64,000 nt of DNA from NCBI GenBank assembly GCA_046052125.1, contig JBJOMY010000001.1, forward strand, positions 224,001 to 288,000, read 5' to 3'. Source of the stretch: Cyanobacteriota bacterium. GTDB taxonomy: Bacteria > Cyanobacteriota > Cyanobacteriia > PCC-6307 > Cyanobiaceae. Positions 10,976 to 21,922 of this stretch are shown here, one piece after another. A program made the translations under genes and the position numbers. Within the stretch, counting starts at the first letter, position 1. Every line of letters begins with the position of its first letter. Below the pieces are notes generated by a model, which saw nothing but the letters and a program-made list of their open reading frames with translations, made no database searches and had not been told where the DNA came from.

Positions 10976-11791
10976 TTGGTTAATCCGGTGACACCCCTGG
11001 GTCGCGCCACCAGCTACCGCAGCTCTCGCACGGCACTCTGGGCTGGTGTAGTGGGGCTCGGCCTGCTTGCCCTTGGGGGGATCGACTGGTCACACCTGGA
11101 TCAGGGTCGCTCGAGAGCCCAGGCCAATTTTTCGGGCCGAGCCGAACCCGATCCCACCACCTTCACGGCCAGCGAACTTCAGGAGCTCCAGCGGCGCTTC
11201 GGAGTACATGGCCCGCAACCCAAGCTCGCGCAGCTGTTCACCCGTGGGGTGGATCAGCTCTCGCCGCTGCGCAACCACACGGTGACCCGGCTCGAATCGC
11301 TGCGCCCGGCGGTGCTTCGCGAAAGCCGCCGCACCGGCATCAACCCCATGCTCTTGGCGGCGATTCTCTTTGATGAGATGCAGCACGCCAAACCGGGAGA
11401 GGACCTCCCCCTGGCGGCCCACTCCGGCCTGTTCAGCACCCATGGCCCCGCCCAGCTCGGCCTGAGCGAAATGGTGAAGCAGGGTTTGCTGCGGGACGAT
11501 GCCACCCCCGAAGAATTGGCCGAGGCGCGCAATCAGCTCCTGGATCCCGAGCGCAATGTGCAGCTCCTCGCCGGAAAGATGGCACGCATCCTGAAGGTGC
11601 TCGAGCAGTCGCCGGCGTCAACCTTCAACGTGAGCCAGAGCCGCAGCCGCGCCAAAACCGTGGCCACCCTGGCCTATTTACACAACGGCAAGCTCGACTA
11701 CCCCGCCCGGATCCTGCGCTACATGCAAGACCCTGAGCTGCATGGCTTGCTGTATGGCGTCCCCAGCAAACCCAGGCTGTCGTTCATCTGA
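10976..11791 (+). CDS. conserved membrane-anchored protein with possible lysozyme/SLT-like domain
   Basis: N-terminal TM; GINPMLLAAILFDE...GPAQL...LLDPERNV...YLHNG...YPARIL resembles the SLT motif order. Confidence 0.6.
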   Translation: MVNPVTPLGRATSYRSSRTALWAGVVGLGLLALGGIDWSHLDQGRSRAQANFSGRAEPDPTTFTASELQELQRRFGVHGPQPKLAQLFTRGVDQLSPLRNHTVTRLESLRPAVLRESRRTGINPMLLAAILFDEMQHAKPGEDLPLAAHSGLFSTHGPAQLGLSEMVKQGLLRDDATPEELAEARNQLLDPERNVQLLAGKMARILKVLEQSPASTFNVSQSRSRAKTVATLAYLHNGKLDYPARILRYMQDPELHGLLYGVPSKPRLSFI

Positions 11792-11807
11792 GCGCCGCGC
11801 TCAGCGA

Positions 11808-12650
11808 TCAGCACAAAGCCCCGAGCGCAGCCAGCCGCACCTGCAGGGCCTGCCAATCGAAACTGCGGGGATCCGCCCGCGCAGCACCCAGATCGATGTG
11901 GCGGTGGGTGGTGATGTGATTGAAGGGAATGCGGTAACGCTTCATCCAATCGGCGAGCACCACGGCAAGCCCGTCGTATTGCTGCGCTGAATAGCCGCTA
12001 TGGCCCGCCTCAGCATCCTCACCATCGAGGGGGGTTTCAAGGCTCACATGCAAGGCGAAATTGTTCACCGAACCGGACATCTGCGGGTTGGTTACCACCC
12101 AGCGACCATCAAACGCTGAATAGCCGGCACCGAAGGCACGCTTGCTGGGATCGAGGGTCTGCACCAGCTGGCCCCGCTCGCCAATCAACAGGTGGTAGCT
12201 CGCCTGGTCGTCGTCGTGGGGATGGTGGGTGGTGAAGGTGTTGATGGCCGATCCGATGCCGTACACGGTTTCGTGCAACACCACCAGCGACGGCGTGGTG
12301 TCGAGTGAATTGCCGAACGCATCGCGCCGAATGCGCTCGCCGTAATTGCTGGGATCGATCGTCACCTTCTGCAGCTGAGCCGGCAACGAACGCCGCAGCT
12401 TCTGCAGTCGATCCACCAGGGCACGGTCATTCACGGAGCATTGCGGCGAGAGCGGACTCTCCCAGGCGGCTTGATCCGGTGGGGCCGGAGTCTGTGGTCG
12501 TTGCGGCAGCCCGGGGATCGTCAGCGTGAGCGGTTCGCGGCCACTGTGCAGGGCCACGGCGGTGAGCGCCACCGAGGCAACGGCTCCCAACAGCGCGCCA
12601 GGCCACCAAGCGTGCCGCTCAGCTCCGGAACCAAAGAACGGCCGCACCAT
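11808..12650 (-). CDS. N-acetylmuramoyl-L-alanine amidase (Amidase_2)
   Basis: VVLHET, ASYHLLI, RAFGAG, ITTHR...DP Zn-amidase motifs; N-terminal TM. Confidence 0.85.
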   Translation of the reverse strand: MVRPFFGSGAERHAWWPGALLGAVASVALTAVALHSGREPLTLTIPGLPQRPQTPAPPDQAAWESPLSPQCSVNDRALVDRLQKLRRSLPAQLQKVTIDPSNYGERIRRDAFGNSLDTTPSLVVLHETVYGIGSAINTFTTHHPHDDDQASYHLLIGERGQLVQTLDPSKRAFGAGYSAFDGRWVVTNPQMSGSVNNFALHVSLETPLDGEDAEAGHSGYSAQQYDGLAVVLADWMKRYRIPFNHITTHRHIDLGAARADPRSFDWQALQVRLAALGALC

Positions 12651-14377
12651 CAGGCCACGCCCGCCGGCTGCTGCTGCAGCCAGAGCCGCTGGCGCTCGAG
12701 CAGCGCAGGGCTGACAGCAGGGTTGCGCTTGAGCAGGTAGCGCTCCACCTGCGGAGGAGCGCAGGAGAGGTTGAGGCGGCGCAGCTGGGAGCGGCGGCTG
12801 ATCAGCAACTCCTGGGAGCCATCGGCGCGCAGCACAGTCTGGAGATCCTCAGGGCGCCGCAACCGCTGACCATCAATGGCCAGCAGCTCATCGCCCACCA
12901 TCAGGCCCGCCTGCTCCGCCGGTCCGCCACGCACCACCCGATACGCCATGAGCAGCCCCGCTTCTGCGCGTGCGCTCAGCCCCGCCCATGGCGCCGTGGC
13001 CATCTCCGCCTCCAACTGCAAACCGATACCCGATAAGTAGCTATCGAGATCGGGATCGTCGAGCTCCTGCAACCAACGGGGCAGCAATAACTCCAGATCA
13101 GCAGCCTCGCTGGCAAACGCCTGCACCAGATCCGCTTCGCTGTAACCCCGGCCCCACTGGCCATGGCTACCCCATAGCCCGCGCAGCACCTGCATCAGCG
13201 AGCTGCCCTGTTGGCGCAGGTGCAGATCCAGACACAGCGCCACCACCGCCCCCTTGAGGTAATAGCTCACCTGGCTATCTGGCGCGTAGGCATCGGCTTT
13301 GTAGAGCTTCACCCAGGCCTCCTGGCTGCTGTCGCGCAGGCTCTGCACGTGGCGGCCAGGCGTGAGCCGGTAGCGGCTGAGGTCTTCGCCCAGATCGCTC
13401 AGCAAATCGTCGGGCTCACTGAGGCCGGCGCTCAGCGGCAGGAATTGATCGAGATAGCTGGTGACCCCCTCGGCAAACCAGAGGCTCGGCACCACCGGCG
13501 GGCGGTGGTAGTCGATCGGCGTGAGTTCAGCGGGCCGCAGCCGGCGCACATTCCACTGATGCAGGTATTCATGGGCCACCAGCTGCAGGAAGCGGCGGTA
13601 GCCGTTGGCCTTCTCGAGATTGCGCCGTCCGTAGACGAGCACCGTGCTGTCGTCGTGCTCCAGGCCGCCGTAGGCCTCATCCAACAAATGCAGCACCACC
13701 AGATAGTTCGAGGAGGCGGGTCGCTCCACGCCCATCAGCTGGCAACAGGCCTCACACACCTTCCGCAGATCGTCGAGCAGCTGGGGATGGCGCTGCAGCA
13801 ACCAGGCCTCATCGCCCGGCGTCCCCGCCCAGATCACCAGGCGATGGGGCACACCGAGCACGCTGAAGTCGAGCGCGCGGTGTGGGCCCGCCTCAAACGG
13901 AGAGTCGAGAAGCTGATCAAAATTCCTGGCTTGCCAGGCATCGCCAGAGCGCGGCAGGGGAACAAAGGCCTGCCAACCCGCCGGCAGGGTGCAGCGGAGC
14001 TGATGAGGCGCCCAACGCTCCCCCTCCAGCTCCAGCACCACGGCCGCCAGAGCCAGAAAGCCATGGTCTTGATCGAGATGGCAGGTGCGCACCGAGAGTT
14101 CGGTGGCATGCACCCGGTAACGGATCAGCAGGGAGGCGCCGCCCGGGTCGCAGCTCACCTGCCAGGCGGCGGGCGCCACGCGGGTCAACGCCAGTGGCTC
14201 GCTGCCCTGCGTCACCTGCAGGGATTCCAGCTGGCGCACGTAGTCGCGCATCAGGTACGACCCCGGCGTCCAGCCAGGCAAGACCAGGCGCATCGATGGC
14301 AGCCGCGGCTGCACCCGGATCTCAACCGCCACCAGGTGCTGCTGCGGATCGCTCAGATCAAGGTGGACCTGAACCAC
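12650..14377 (-). CDS. M61 family glycyl aminopeptidase with C-terminal PDZ domain
   Basis: PGWTPGSY, YGGLEH, HEYLH, LWFAEGVTSY, SYYLKG, GPAEQAGLMVGD. Confidence 0.92.
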   Translation of the reverse strand: MVQVHLDLSDPQQHLVAVEIRVQPRLPSMRLVLPGWTPGSYLMRDYVRQLESLQVTQGSEPLALTRVAPAAWQVSCDPGGASLLIRYRVHATELSVRTCHLDQDHGFLALAAVVLELEGERWAPHQLRCTLPAGWQAFVPLPRSGDAWQARNFDQLLDSPFEAGPHRALDFSVLGVPHRLVIWAGTPGDEAWLLQRHPQLLDDLRKVCEACCQLMGVERPASSNYLVVLHLLDEAYGGLEHDDSTVLVYGRRNLEKANGYRRFLQLVAHEYLHQWNVRRLRPAELTPIDYHRPPVVPSLWFAEGVTSYLDQFLPLSAGLSEPDDLLSDLGEDLSRYRLTPGRHVQSLRDSSQEAWVKLYKADAYAPDSQVSYYLKGAVVALCLDLHLRQQGSSLMQVLRGLWGSHGQWGRGYSEADLVQAFASEAADLELLLPRWLQELDDPDLDSYLSGIGLQLEAEMATAPWAGLSARAEAGLLMAYRVVRGGPAEQAGLMVGDELLAIDGQRLRRPEDLQTVLRADGSQELLISRRSQLRRLNLSCAPPQVERYLLKRNPAVSPALLERQRLWLQQQPAGVA

Positions 14378-14382
14378 AGAGA

Positions 14383-14739
14383 TCAGGGCTGAAGGCCCGA
14401 AGCGAGCTCAGCCGAAACCATCGGCAAATCAGTGGCGAGAGCACGCAAGGCCTGGTGGGCCGCGTAGCGCCGGGTGATCTCACCGATCAGTTGCTGCAGG
14501 GAGTGGGAGCGCCCGAGCCGCTGCAGATCGCCCACGAGCGCCAGCTGGCCACTGGCTTCGCGGCGCCAGCCCAGCCAGGTGCCTTCCGGCAGCTGGGCCC
14601 GCAGGCTCACCGCCTCACGCTGATCAGCAAAACCCCTGAGATAACCACCACGCTTAACCGTCAGGGACAGGTCCTCAAGCGCCTGAACCAACACCTCTTC
14701 CTCGCGGAGCACGGTTGGCAGGATGGAGAGATGGGACAT
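14383..14739 (-). CDS. DUF1257 / Ycf35-like protein
   Basis: MSHLSILPT...LVQALEDL...ITRRYA pattern; ATG at 14739 preferred over the ORF-track start. Confidence 0.75.
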   Translation of the reverse strand: MSHLSILPTVLREEEVLVQALEDLSLTVKRGGYLRGFADQREAVSLRAQLPEGTWLGWRREASGQLALVGDLQRLGRSHSLQQLIGEITRRYAAHQALRALATDLPMVSAELASGLQP

Positions 14740-14754
14740 GGCCCTACACCCGAT

Positions 14755-15423
14755 GTGCTCAACCCTAGCGAGCACAACCTGGCGATCCAGTGGCCATTGC
14801 CACAGGATTTCAGCCCTGGCGAGCGCCGCCTGCTGCGTCTGGGAGTGTTGGCCTCCGGCTCAGGCAGCAACTTCGAGGCCTTGGCTCTGGCCTGCCAGCG
14901 CGGCGAGCTCGCAGCGGACCTGAGCCTGCTGGTGGTGAACAACCCCGGCTGCGGCGCCCAGCAGCGGGCCGAGCGGCTTGGGATCTCCGTGACGCTGCAC
15001 GACCACCGGAGCTACGAAAGCCGAGAGGCCCTGGATCAGGCCCTGATCAACAGCTTCCGCCAGGCCGATGTGGATCTGGTGGTGATGGCGGGCTGGATGA
15101 GGATCGTCACCCAGGAGCTCATCGATGCCTTCCCCGAACGGCTGCTGAACATTCACCCCTCGCTCCTGCCCAGCTTCCGCGGTGCTCGGGCGATCGAGCA
15201 GGCGCTTGCGGCGGGCGTCACGCTCACCGGCTGCACGGCCCACCTGGTGAGCCTCGAGGTGGACACAGGACCGATCCTGATTCAGGCCGCTGTGCCTGTG
15301 CTGGCCAGCGACAGCGTGGAGAGCCTGGCCGGCCGCATCCACCGCCAGGAACACCGCATCCTTCCCCAGGCCGTGCAGTTAGCTGCACAGCGCCTGGGGC
15401 TGCTCCACCGCGATCAGGGATAG
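14755..15423 (+). CDS. purN: phosphoribosylglycinamide formyltransferase (start uncertain: GTG 14755 or ATG 14731)
   Basis: LASGSGSNF, MAGWMRI, NIHPSLLPSF, GCTAHLV, VDTGPI, EHRILP within the 3' part of ORF 13882-15423. Confidence 0.93.
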   Translation: MLNPSEHNLAIQWPLPQDFSPGERRLLRLGVLASGSGSNFEALALACQRGELAADLSLLVVNNPGCGAQQRAERLGISVTLHDHRSYESREALDQALINSFRQADVDLVVMAGWMRIVTQELIDAFPERLLNIHPSLLPSFRGARAIEQALAAGVTLTGCTAHLVSLEVDTGPILIQAAVPVLASDSVESLAGRIHRQEHRILPQAVQLAAQRLGLLHRDQG

Positions 15424-16478
15424 AAGGGCAGCAGCGGCAGGCCGGTTTCAGCCGGAAGCCCGGCCATCAGGTTCAGGCACTGCACGCCCTGGCCGGCCTG
15501 ACCCTTGACCATGTTGTCGATCGCGCTCATCACGATCAGCTGGCCGGTGCGGCCATCCACCTGCACCGACAGCAGCGCCCGATTGGTCTGGCGCACCCAC
15601 TTAGTGGAGGGATAGGTACCCACGGGCAGCACCTGCACGCAGGGGGCATGGCGATAGGCGGCCTCCAGCAGGGTGGTGATGTCTTCAGCGGTGAGGCCGG
15701 GATCGCGCAGGCGGCCGTACACCGTGGCCAGCAAGCCGCGCACCATCGGGATGAGATGGGGCGTGAACTGCAACTGAATCGCGCGCCCCGAAGCGCGGCT
15801 GCAGAGCTGTTCGATCTCGCTGGTGTGGCGGTGGCCCACCACGCCGTAGGGCATCACACCTTCTGAGGCCTCGGCCAGAAGCAGGTGTTCCTTGGCCGCA
15901 CGGCCACCGCCGCTGGTGCCGGTTTTCGCATCGATCACGATGCCACTGGTTTCGATCAGGCCCTGCTTGAGCAGGGGCGTGAGCGCCAGCAGGCTGGCGG
16001 TGGGGAAACAGCCGGGGGCTGCCACCAGCCTGGCCGCCGCGATCCGCTCCGCCTCCCACTCCACCAGGCCATACACCGCCTCAGCGCAGAGATCGGCATC
16101 CGTGCGGGGGAAGGAGCGCGCCTCGGAGGCGTACACCTCTTTCCACTGGTCGAGGGAGCTGTAGCGGTAGTCGGCGGAGAGATCCACCACCTTCACGCCG
16201 CGCTCCAGCAGCGGAGGCACGAGGGTGGAAGCCAGTCCATTGGGCAGACTCAGCACCGCCAGATCAGCCGCCGCCGCAATCGCTTCGGGATCGGGGCTCT
16301 GCACCACCGGATCACCGGGCAGGGGCAGGAAGGGGGTGAGTTCGCTCCAGCGCTTGCCGCTGCTGCGCTCACCCCCGAGGAAGGACACCTCGAGTTCGGG
16401 ATGCCCCTGGAGCAGGCGCAGGGTCTGCAATCCGCCGTACCCAGAGGCGCCGATCACCGCAACGCGCTTGCTGGCCAT
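15414..16478 (-). CDS. argC: N-acetyl-gamma-glutamyl-phosphate reductase
   Basis: IGASGYGG, DLSADYR, APGCFPT, GTSGGGR, HRHTSEI, IDNMVKGQAGQ; start at MASKRVAV. Confidence 0.96.
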   Translation of the reverse strand: MASKRVAVIGASGYGGLQTLRLLQGHPELEVSFLGGERSSGKRWSELTPFLPLPGDPVVQSPDPEAIAAAADLAVLSLPNGLASTLVPPLLERGVKVVDLSADYRYSSLDQWKEVYASEARSFPRTDADLCAEAVYGLVEWEAERIAAARLVAAPGCFPTASLLALTPLLKQGLIETSGIVIDAKTGTSGGGRAAKEHLLLAEASEGVMPYGVVGHRHTSEIEQLCSRASGRAIQLQFTPHLIPMVRGLLATVYGRLRDPGLTAEDITTLLEAAYRHAPCVQVLPVGTYPSTKWVRQTNRALLSVQVDGRTGQLIVMSAIDNMVKGQAGQGVQCLNLMAGLPAETGLPLLPFYP

Positions 16479-16555
16479 GGCGGAACTACCGGAACGCCAG
16501 ATCGTACCGGGCTCTATAAAAGTGTCTGCCACCGAGGCCTTGAGGCCAGCCGCCC

Positions 16556-18181
16556 CTGAAGCAAGCCGCATTTCAGTTCGACACCATCGCCGATGGCCTG
16601 GCGGCGATCCGCAACGGCGAGATGGTGGTGGTGGTGGACGATGAAAACCGGGAGAACGAAGGCGATCTGATCTGCGCGGCTCAGTTCGCCACACCTGAGC
16701 AGATCAACTTCATGGCCACCGAGGCTCGGGGCCTCATTTGCCTGGCGATGGAGGGGGAGCGCCTCGACGCCCTCGATCTGCCCCTGATGGTGGATCGCAA
16801 CACCGACAGCAACCAGACCGCCTTCACCGTGAGCGTGGATGCTGGGCCTGAAAACGGGGTGAGCACCGGGATCTCCGCCGAAGATCGCGCACGCACGATT
16901 CAGGTGGCGATCCACCCGGCCACGCGCCCGGCGGATCTGCGGCGCCCCGGCCACATCTTTCCGCTGCGCGCCAAGCAGGGCGGTGTGCTCAAACGCGCTG
17001 GCCATACCGAGGCCGCCGTTGATCTGGCCCGGCTCTCCGGCTTGTACCCGGCCGGTGTGATCTGCGAGATCCAGAACACCGATGGCTCGATGGCGCGGCT
17101 GACTCAGCTGGTGGAGTACGCCCGCCTGCACGGCTTGCGGCTGATCAACATCGCCGATCTGATCCGCTACCGGCTCGATACCGAGCGCTTCGTGCGCCGC
17201 CAGGCGGAAGCGGAGTTGCCCAGTGCCTTCGGCACGTTCCGGGCCATTGGCTACCGCAACGAGCTCGATGGCAGCGAGCACGTGGCGATCGTGAAGGGCC
17301 ACCCCGAGAGTTCGGAAGGCCCGGTGCTGGTGCGCGTGCATAGCGAATGCCTCACGGGCGATGCCTTCGGTTCGCTGCGCTGCGACTGCCGGCCGCAGCT
17401 GGAGGCGGCCCTGCGCATGATCGAAGCCGCCGGCGAGGGTCTGGTGGTGTATCTGCGCCAGGAGGGCCGTGGCATCGGCCTGATCAACAAGCTGCGGGCC
17501 TATTCCCTTCAGGACGGCGGCCTCGACACGGTGGAAGCCAATGAACGGCTCGGCTTCCCGGCCGATCTGCGCAACTACGGCGTTGGCGCCCAGATCCTCA
17601 GCGACCTGGGGGTGCATCGCCTGCGCCTGATCACCAACAACCCCCGCAAGATCGCCGGCCTCGGCGGCTACGGCCTGCAGGTGGAGGATCGGGTGCCCCT
17701 GGTGATGGACCCAAGCCAGCACAACGCCGCCTATTTGCAAACCAAGCAGGCGAAGCTCGGCCATCTGATGGATGCACCGCCCGGCCAGGGCCCAGCCGCC
17801 GTGCTCGCCTGGACCAGCAGTGCCGAGCAGGAGCTCAGCAGCGAAACCAAGGCCGCACAGTTCCAGGAGCTCCGCGACTGGTGCAGCAGCCACAACCTGG
17901 AGCTGGAACTGGAGGAGCATTCGCGGGTGCTGGCGTTGCTCAACCAGCCCGACCTGGCCGTGCTCGTGCCCAGTGGCGATCAACAACAGCTGGCCCAGGC
18001 GCTGCACACCATGGCCGCCTGGCCCCAGACCGGCAGTGTGAGCCTGCTGCTGGCGCCGGACACGCAGCGAACGGTGCACCCCAGCAACACCCTGGAGGCG
18101 CAACGCAGGCCGCTGGTGGAGCTACAGGCGGATCGCCCGCAGCTCCAGATCGATGCAGGCATGCTGATGCGCTGGAGTTAG
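16556..18181 (+). CDS. ribBA: bifunctional DHBP synthase / GTP cyclohydrolase II (true start upstream of ATG 16622; see findings)
   Basis: [58 protein letters not shown]. Confidence 0.95.
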   Translation: MKQAAFQFDTIADGLAAIRNGEMVVVVDDENRENEGDLICAAQFATPEQINFMATEARGLICLAMEGERLDALDLPLMVDRNTDSNQTAFTVSVDAGPENGVSTGISAEDRARTIQVAIHPATRPADLRRPGHIFPLRAKQGGVLKRAGHTEAAVDLARLSGLYPAGVICEIQNTDGSMARLTQLVEYARLHGLRLINIADLIRYRLDTERFVRRQAEAELPSAFGTFRAIGYRNELDGSEHVAIVKGHPESSEGPVLVRVHSECLTGDAFGSLRCDCRPQLEAALRMIEAAGEGLVVYLRQEGRGIGLINKLRAYSLQDGGLDTVEANERLGFPADLRNYGVGAQILSDLGVHRLRLITNNPRKIAGLGGYGLQVEDRVPLVMDPSQHNAAYLQTKQAKLGHLMDAPPGQGPAAVLAWTSSAEQELSSETKAAQFQELRDWCSSHNLELELEEHSRVLALLNQPDLAVLVPSGDQQQLAQALHTMAAWPQTGSVSLLLAPDTQRTVHPSNTLEAQRRPLVELQADRPQLQIDAGMLMRWS

Positions 18182-18215
18182 GCGCTCAGCAAAGCCTGCC
18201 CAGTCCACAGGCTGA

Positions 18216-18656
18216 TCAGTCCTGGATGGTGACGGTGTTGATGCGGCTGCCGTTCTTGAGCGCCATCACCACATCCATGTTGCCGGTGTGACCGAACACG
18301 GTGTGCACGCCATCGAGGTGAGGCTGGGCCTCATGGCAGATATAGAACTGTGAGCCACCGGTGTTGCGGCCAGCGTGGGCCATGGCGAGGGTGCCGGCCT
18401 GGTGCTTCTGGCTGTTGATCTCACAGTCGATCTGGTAGCCGGGGCCACCGGTTCCTGCCATGCCGCGGGCACCTTCGCGGCTGTTGGGGCAACCGCCCTG
18501 GGCCATGAAGCCGGGAATCACACGGTGGAAGGCCAGGCCGTCATAAAAGCCGTCCTTGGCCAGTTTCACGAAGTTGGCCACGGTGTTGGGCGCATCGGCC
18601 TCAAACAGCTCGAGCTCGATCGTGCCGGCGTCGGTCACCATCACGGCTTTGGTCAC
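18216..18656 (-). CDS. cyclophilin-type peptidyl-prolyl cis-trans isomerase
   Basis: [42 protein letters not shown]; likely GTG start at 18656. Confidence 0.95.
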   Translation of the reverse strand: MTKAVMVTDAGTIELELFEADAPNTVANFVKLAKDGFYDGLAFHRVIPGFMAQGGCPNSREGARGMAGTGGPGYQIDCEINSQKHQAGTLAMAHAGRNTGGSQFYICHEAQPHLDGVHTVFGHTGNMDVVMALKNGSRINTVTIQD

Positions 18657-18724
18657 GGCAAAAGAAAATACGAACGATCTCAGTATGGGCGCTCCGGTAA
18701 AAGGGTTGCAGGCGCAGTACGTCC

Positions 18725-19636
18725 ATGGCTTCCTCCCCAGCTTTGAACCTCTCCCAGGCACGTCTGGGGGTGCTCGGCGGTAGCGGCCTCTACGCCATGG
18801 AGGGGCTGGAGAACGTTCAGGAACTCACGGTTGACACGCCCTTTGGCCCCACCTCGGACAGCCTGCGGCTGGGCACCCTCGGTGGCATGGAGGTGGTGTT
18901 CTTGGCGCGTCACGGCCGTCATCACACTTTTTTGCCCACGGAGGTGCCCTATCGCGCCAACATCTGGGCGATGCGCTCCCTGGGGGTGCGCTGGATCCTC
19001 TCGCCATCGGCCGTGGGCTCCCTGCAGGAGTCGGTGAAGCCGCTCGACATGGTGGTGCCGGATCAGTTCATCGATCGCACCCATCAGCGGCCGATCAGCT
19101 TCTTCGGTGAAGGCGCCGTGGCCCACGTGGCCCTGGCTGATCCCTTCTGCCCCAATCTCAGCCGGCTGCTCGCTGATGTGGCCGACAGCCTGATGCCGGA
19201 GGGACGCAGCCTGCATCGCGGCGGCACCTACCTCTGCATGGAGGGACCGGCCTTCTCCACCCGCGCCGAATCGAATCTCTACCGCAGCTGGGGCTGCACG
19301 GTGATCGGCATGACCAACCACACCGAGGCCCGCCTCGCCCGTGAAGCGGAGATCGCCTACGCCACCCTCGCCATGGCCACCGATTACGACTGCTGGTACG
19401 CCGACCACGACAGCGTCACGGTGGAGATGGTGATCGGCAACCTGCGGGCCAACGCTGCCCTGGCCACCCAGATCGTGCGCACCACCGCCGAGCGCATCGC
19501 CGCCCAACGGCCGATCAGCGCGGCCCATAGCGCCCTGCGCGATGCCCTGATGACACCCCCCGATCAGGTGCCGGCGGCCACCCGTCGCAAGCTGGATCTG
19601 TTCACCCAGCCCTACTGGGGTTCAGTGGAGGGCTGA
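18725..19636 (+). CDS. mtnP: S-methyl-5'-thioadenosine phosphorylase
   Basis: [47 protein letters not shown]. Confidence 0.95.
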   Translation: MASSPALNLSQARLGVLGGSGLYAMEGLENVQELTVDTPFGPTSDSLRLGTLGGMEVVFLARHGRHHTFLPTEVPYRANIWAMRSLGVRWILSPSAVGSLQESVKPLDMVVPDQFIDRTHQRPISFFGEGAVAHVALADPFCPNLSRLLADVADSLMPEGRSLHRGGTYLCMEGPAFSTRAESNLYRSWGCTVIGMTNHTEARLAREAEIAYATLAMATDYDCWYADHDSVTVEMVIGNLRANAALATQIVRTTAERIAAQRPISAAHSALRDALMTPPDQVPAATRRKLDLFTQPYWGSVEG

Positions 19637-20533
19637 GCGCAGCTGGCCGCCGCAGGCATCGAGGCGGCTGCGGGCTTCCGCAGCCGAGAGCTCCTGCTGC
19701 GCCATCAGCAACGCCAACTTCACCGAACCATCGCTGGCGGCCAGTAGCTCGCGGCCCCGTTCGCGCTCCACAGCGGCGATATCCGCCAGGATCCGCAGGG
19801 CACGGTCCTCGAGCTTGGCGTTGGTCACCGCCACGTCCACCATGCGGTTGCCGTAGACCTTGCCCAGGCGCACCATCACGCCGGTGCTGAGGATGTTGAG
19901 CGCCATCTTGGTGGCCGTTCCCGCCTTCAGGCGAGTGGAACCGGTGAGCACCTCAGGGCCGGTGAGCAAGCGGATGTCGATGTCGCAGGGCATCGGCACC
20001 TGCTCGGCTGGAACACAGGCCATGGCAATCGCCAGGGCACCGAGGCTGCGGGCGTGGCTCAAGCCTCCGTGCACATAGGGCGTGGTGCCGCCGGCAGCGA
20101 TGCCCACTAAGGCATCGGCGGCGCTGAAGCCCCGAGCCTGCAGGTCGTCCGCACCGGCCTCAAACAGATCCTCGAGTCCCTCCGAGCTGCGCAGGAGAGC
20201 TGGGGCACCACCGGCAAGCACGCCCTGCACCATCTCGGGGTCGCTGCAGAAGGTGGGCGGACACTCCGCCGCATCGAGCACCCCCAGGCGACCGGAGGTG
20301 CCTGCTCCCAGATAAAACAACCGCCCTCCTTGCCGCAGGCGCGCCGCAATCGCATCGATGGCCTGCGCCAAGGCGGGAGCGGCTTGCGCCAGCGCCTGCT
20401 GGGGCTTGAGGTCTTCCGCTACAAACACATCCACCAGCTCGGCGGTGCTCAGGGCATCGAGCTCACTGCTGCGGGGATTGGCCTGCTCCGTGAGCAGATG
20501 GCCCCGACTCACATCGGCAAAACCAGGGCTCAC
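19622..20533 (-). CDS. murQ: N-acetylmuramic acid 6-phosphate etherase
   Basis: [45 protein letters not shown]. Confidence 0.96.
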   Translation of the reverse strand: MSPGFADVSRGHLLTEQANPRSSELDALSTAELVDVFVAEDLKPQQALAQAAPALAQAIDAIAARLRQGGRLFYLGAGTSGRLGVLDAAECPPTFCSDPEMVQGVLAGGAPALLRSSEGLEDLFEAGADDLQARGFSAADALVGIAAGGTTPYVHGGLSHARSLGALAIAMACVPAEQVPMPCDIDIRLLTGPEVLTGSTRLKAGTATKMALNILSTGVMVRLGKVYGNRMVDVAVTNAKLEDRALRILADIAAVERERGRELLAASDGSVKLALLMAQQELSAAEARSRLDACGGQLRSALH

Positions 20534-20952
20534 AGCAACCCCTCGAGCCGGCGGCGGAAGTCTTCCAGCTCGGCATCCCCGGTGCTAATCGGCTCCTCCG
20601 CCAGATCCACACCGCCGGCCGGCTCGGGCTCCTCCTGATCCTTCCAGGAGGTCACATCCATGTTCTTCTCTGGCGGAGCAATCAGCAGACGGTCCTCTGC
20701 GGTTTGAGGCAGGAAGCCAGCGGGCACAAAACGAGCCTCATAACCCGCGCTGCTGCAGAACTCCTCCATCTCGTGCCGATCGATCGCCTCCACCGTGGGA
20801 GCCGGAAAATCCTGGGCCTCGAGCAAGCCGGCGTAGCGCTCGGCGTCATCGCGATCCTCGAACAGCAGCACCACCGTGGTGCCATTGAGTTCGAGGGAGT
20901 GAATGCCCTCGTTGTCGCTGCCGGCATCGAACAGCAGGACGTGGACCGACAT
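20530..20952 (-). CDS. DUF3110 family protein
   Basis: HVLLFDAG...EGIHSL, FEDRDDAERYAGLLEAQDF, C-terminal [11 protein letters not shown] at 20952. Confidence 0.85.
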   Translation of the reverse strand: MSVHVLLFDAGSDNEGIHSLELNGTTVVLLFEDRDDAERYAGLLEAQDFPAPTVEAIDRHEMEEFCSSAGYEARFVPAGFLPQTAEDRLLIAPPEKNMDVTSWKDQEEPEPAGGVDLAEEPISTGDAELEDFRRRLEGLL

Positions 20953-21001
20953 CTGGGTGCGATTGCTCGGCTTCAGTGTCTCACCGATAGGCCGGCTGTG
21001 C

Positions 21002-21922
21002 TCAGCCCCGTTCACCATCGAGCTCTGCCGCCAGTTGCTGCAGGCGGGCATAGAGCGCTTCTTCGGCTTCCGTGAGACCCGCGGGCACCACCAGCCGGAT
21101 CTCCACCAGCTGATCCCCGCGCTGATTGCCTTGTTGCAAACCCCTTCCCCGCAGGCGCAGCAGCCGGCCGCTGGAGGACCCCGGCGGCACCCGCAGCTGC
21201 ACGGGACCCTCGAGGGTGGGCACCACCACGGAGCAGCCGAGGGCGCCATCGGCCGGAGAGAGATCGAGTTGATAGAGCACCCGCAATCCGTCGATGCGTA
21301 ACCCCTCGGCGGTGCGCACCCGCAACTGCAGGAAGTGGTCAGCCCCTCCCGGTGCCACGCCGGCCAGGCGCAAACGCCAACCATCCCCCGCCATCGCCGG
21401 GGTCCACACCTCCACGCAGGTGCCATCGGGGAGATCGAGCTCCACCCGTTCGCCGTTGAGCGCTTGCTCTGGAGAGAGCTCCACGATGGATTCGCAATCG
21501 CTGCTCGCCACCACCGGTGCTGGCGGCGGCGGTGCGGTGGTGACCTCAGCGCGCGTTGACTCCTCAACCCGACGTTCCTCAACCGGCCTGCGCCGTGGCA
21601 TGCCGAACAGCTCCTCCACGTAGTCGTGGAAGTCGGGGAAGCCATGGGCAAAGGGATCCAGGCCTGCGGCAGCGGCCTGGCTGCTGTCGAGCCCTTGCTC
21701 CCATTGCTGCCGGCGCTGCGGATCACTGAGAACGGCGTAGGCCTCGTTCACAGCCTTGAACTGCTCTTCGGCGTGGGGATCGTTGCCGTTGAGGTCGGGA
21801 TGCCAGCGCCGGGCCTGCTGACGGAAGGCGCGCTTAAGCGCCTGGGGATCGGCGCCGGGATCGAGGCCGAGCACCGCCCAATGGTTGATCACGGTCTTCG
21901 ACGAAGCGACCACCGGGCTCAA
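21002..21922 (-). CDS. dnaJ: DnaJ/CbpA-type co-chaperone (no zinc finger)
   Basis: J-domain with HPD and NEAYAVLSD; C-terminal VPTLEG...LRLRGRG domain; coupled to dnaK. Confidence 0.9.
   Translation of the reverse strand: MSPVVASSKTVINHWAVLGLDPGADPQALKRAFRQQARRWHPDLNGNDPHAEEQFKAVNEAYAVLSDPQRRQQWEQGLDSSQAAAAGLDPFAHGFPDFHDYVEELFGMPRRRPVEERRVEESTRAEVTTAPPPPAPVVASSDCESIVELSPEQALNGERVELDLPDGTCVEVWTPAMAGDGWRLRLAGVAPGGADHFLQLRVRTAEGLRIDGLRVLYQLDLSPADGALGCSVVVPTLEGPVQLRVPPGSSSGRLLRLRGRGLQQGNQRGDQLVEIRLVVPAGLTEAEEALYARLQQLAAELDGERG

Noticed and set aside
13882..15423. Apparent 513-aa N-terminally extended PurN
   Set aside because: The upstream part overlaps two real minus-strand genes; only the last ~220 codons are PurN. 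The same applies to the extended ORFs 34313-36061, 46985-48733, 50727-51692, 20530-21726 and 61750-62712.
17770..18181. C-terminal extension of RibBA
   Set aside because: Cyanobacterial RibBA proteins commonly carry such an extension.
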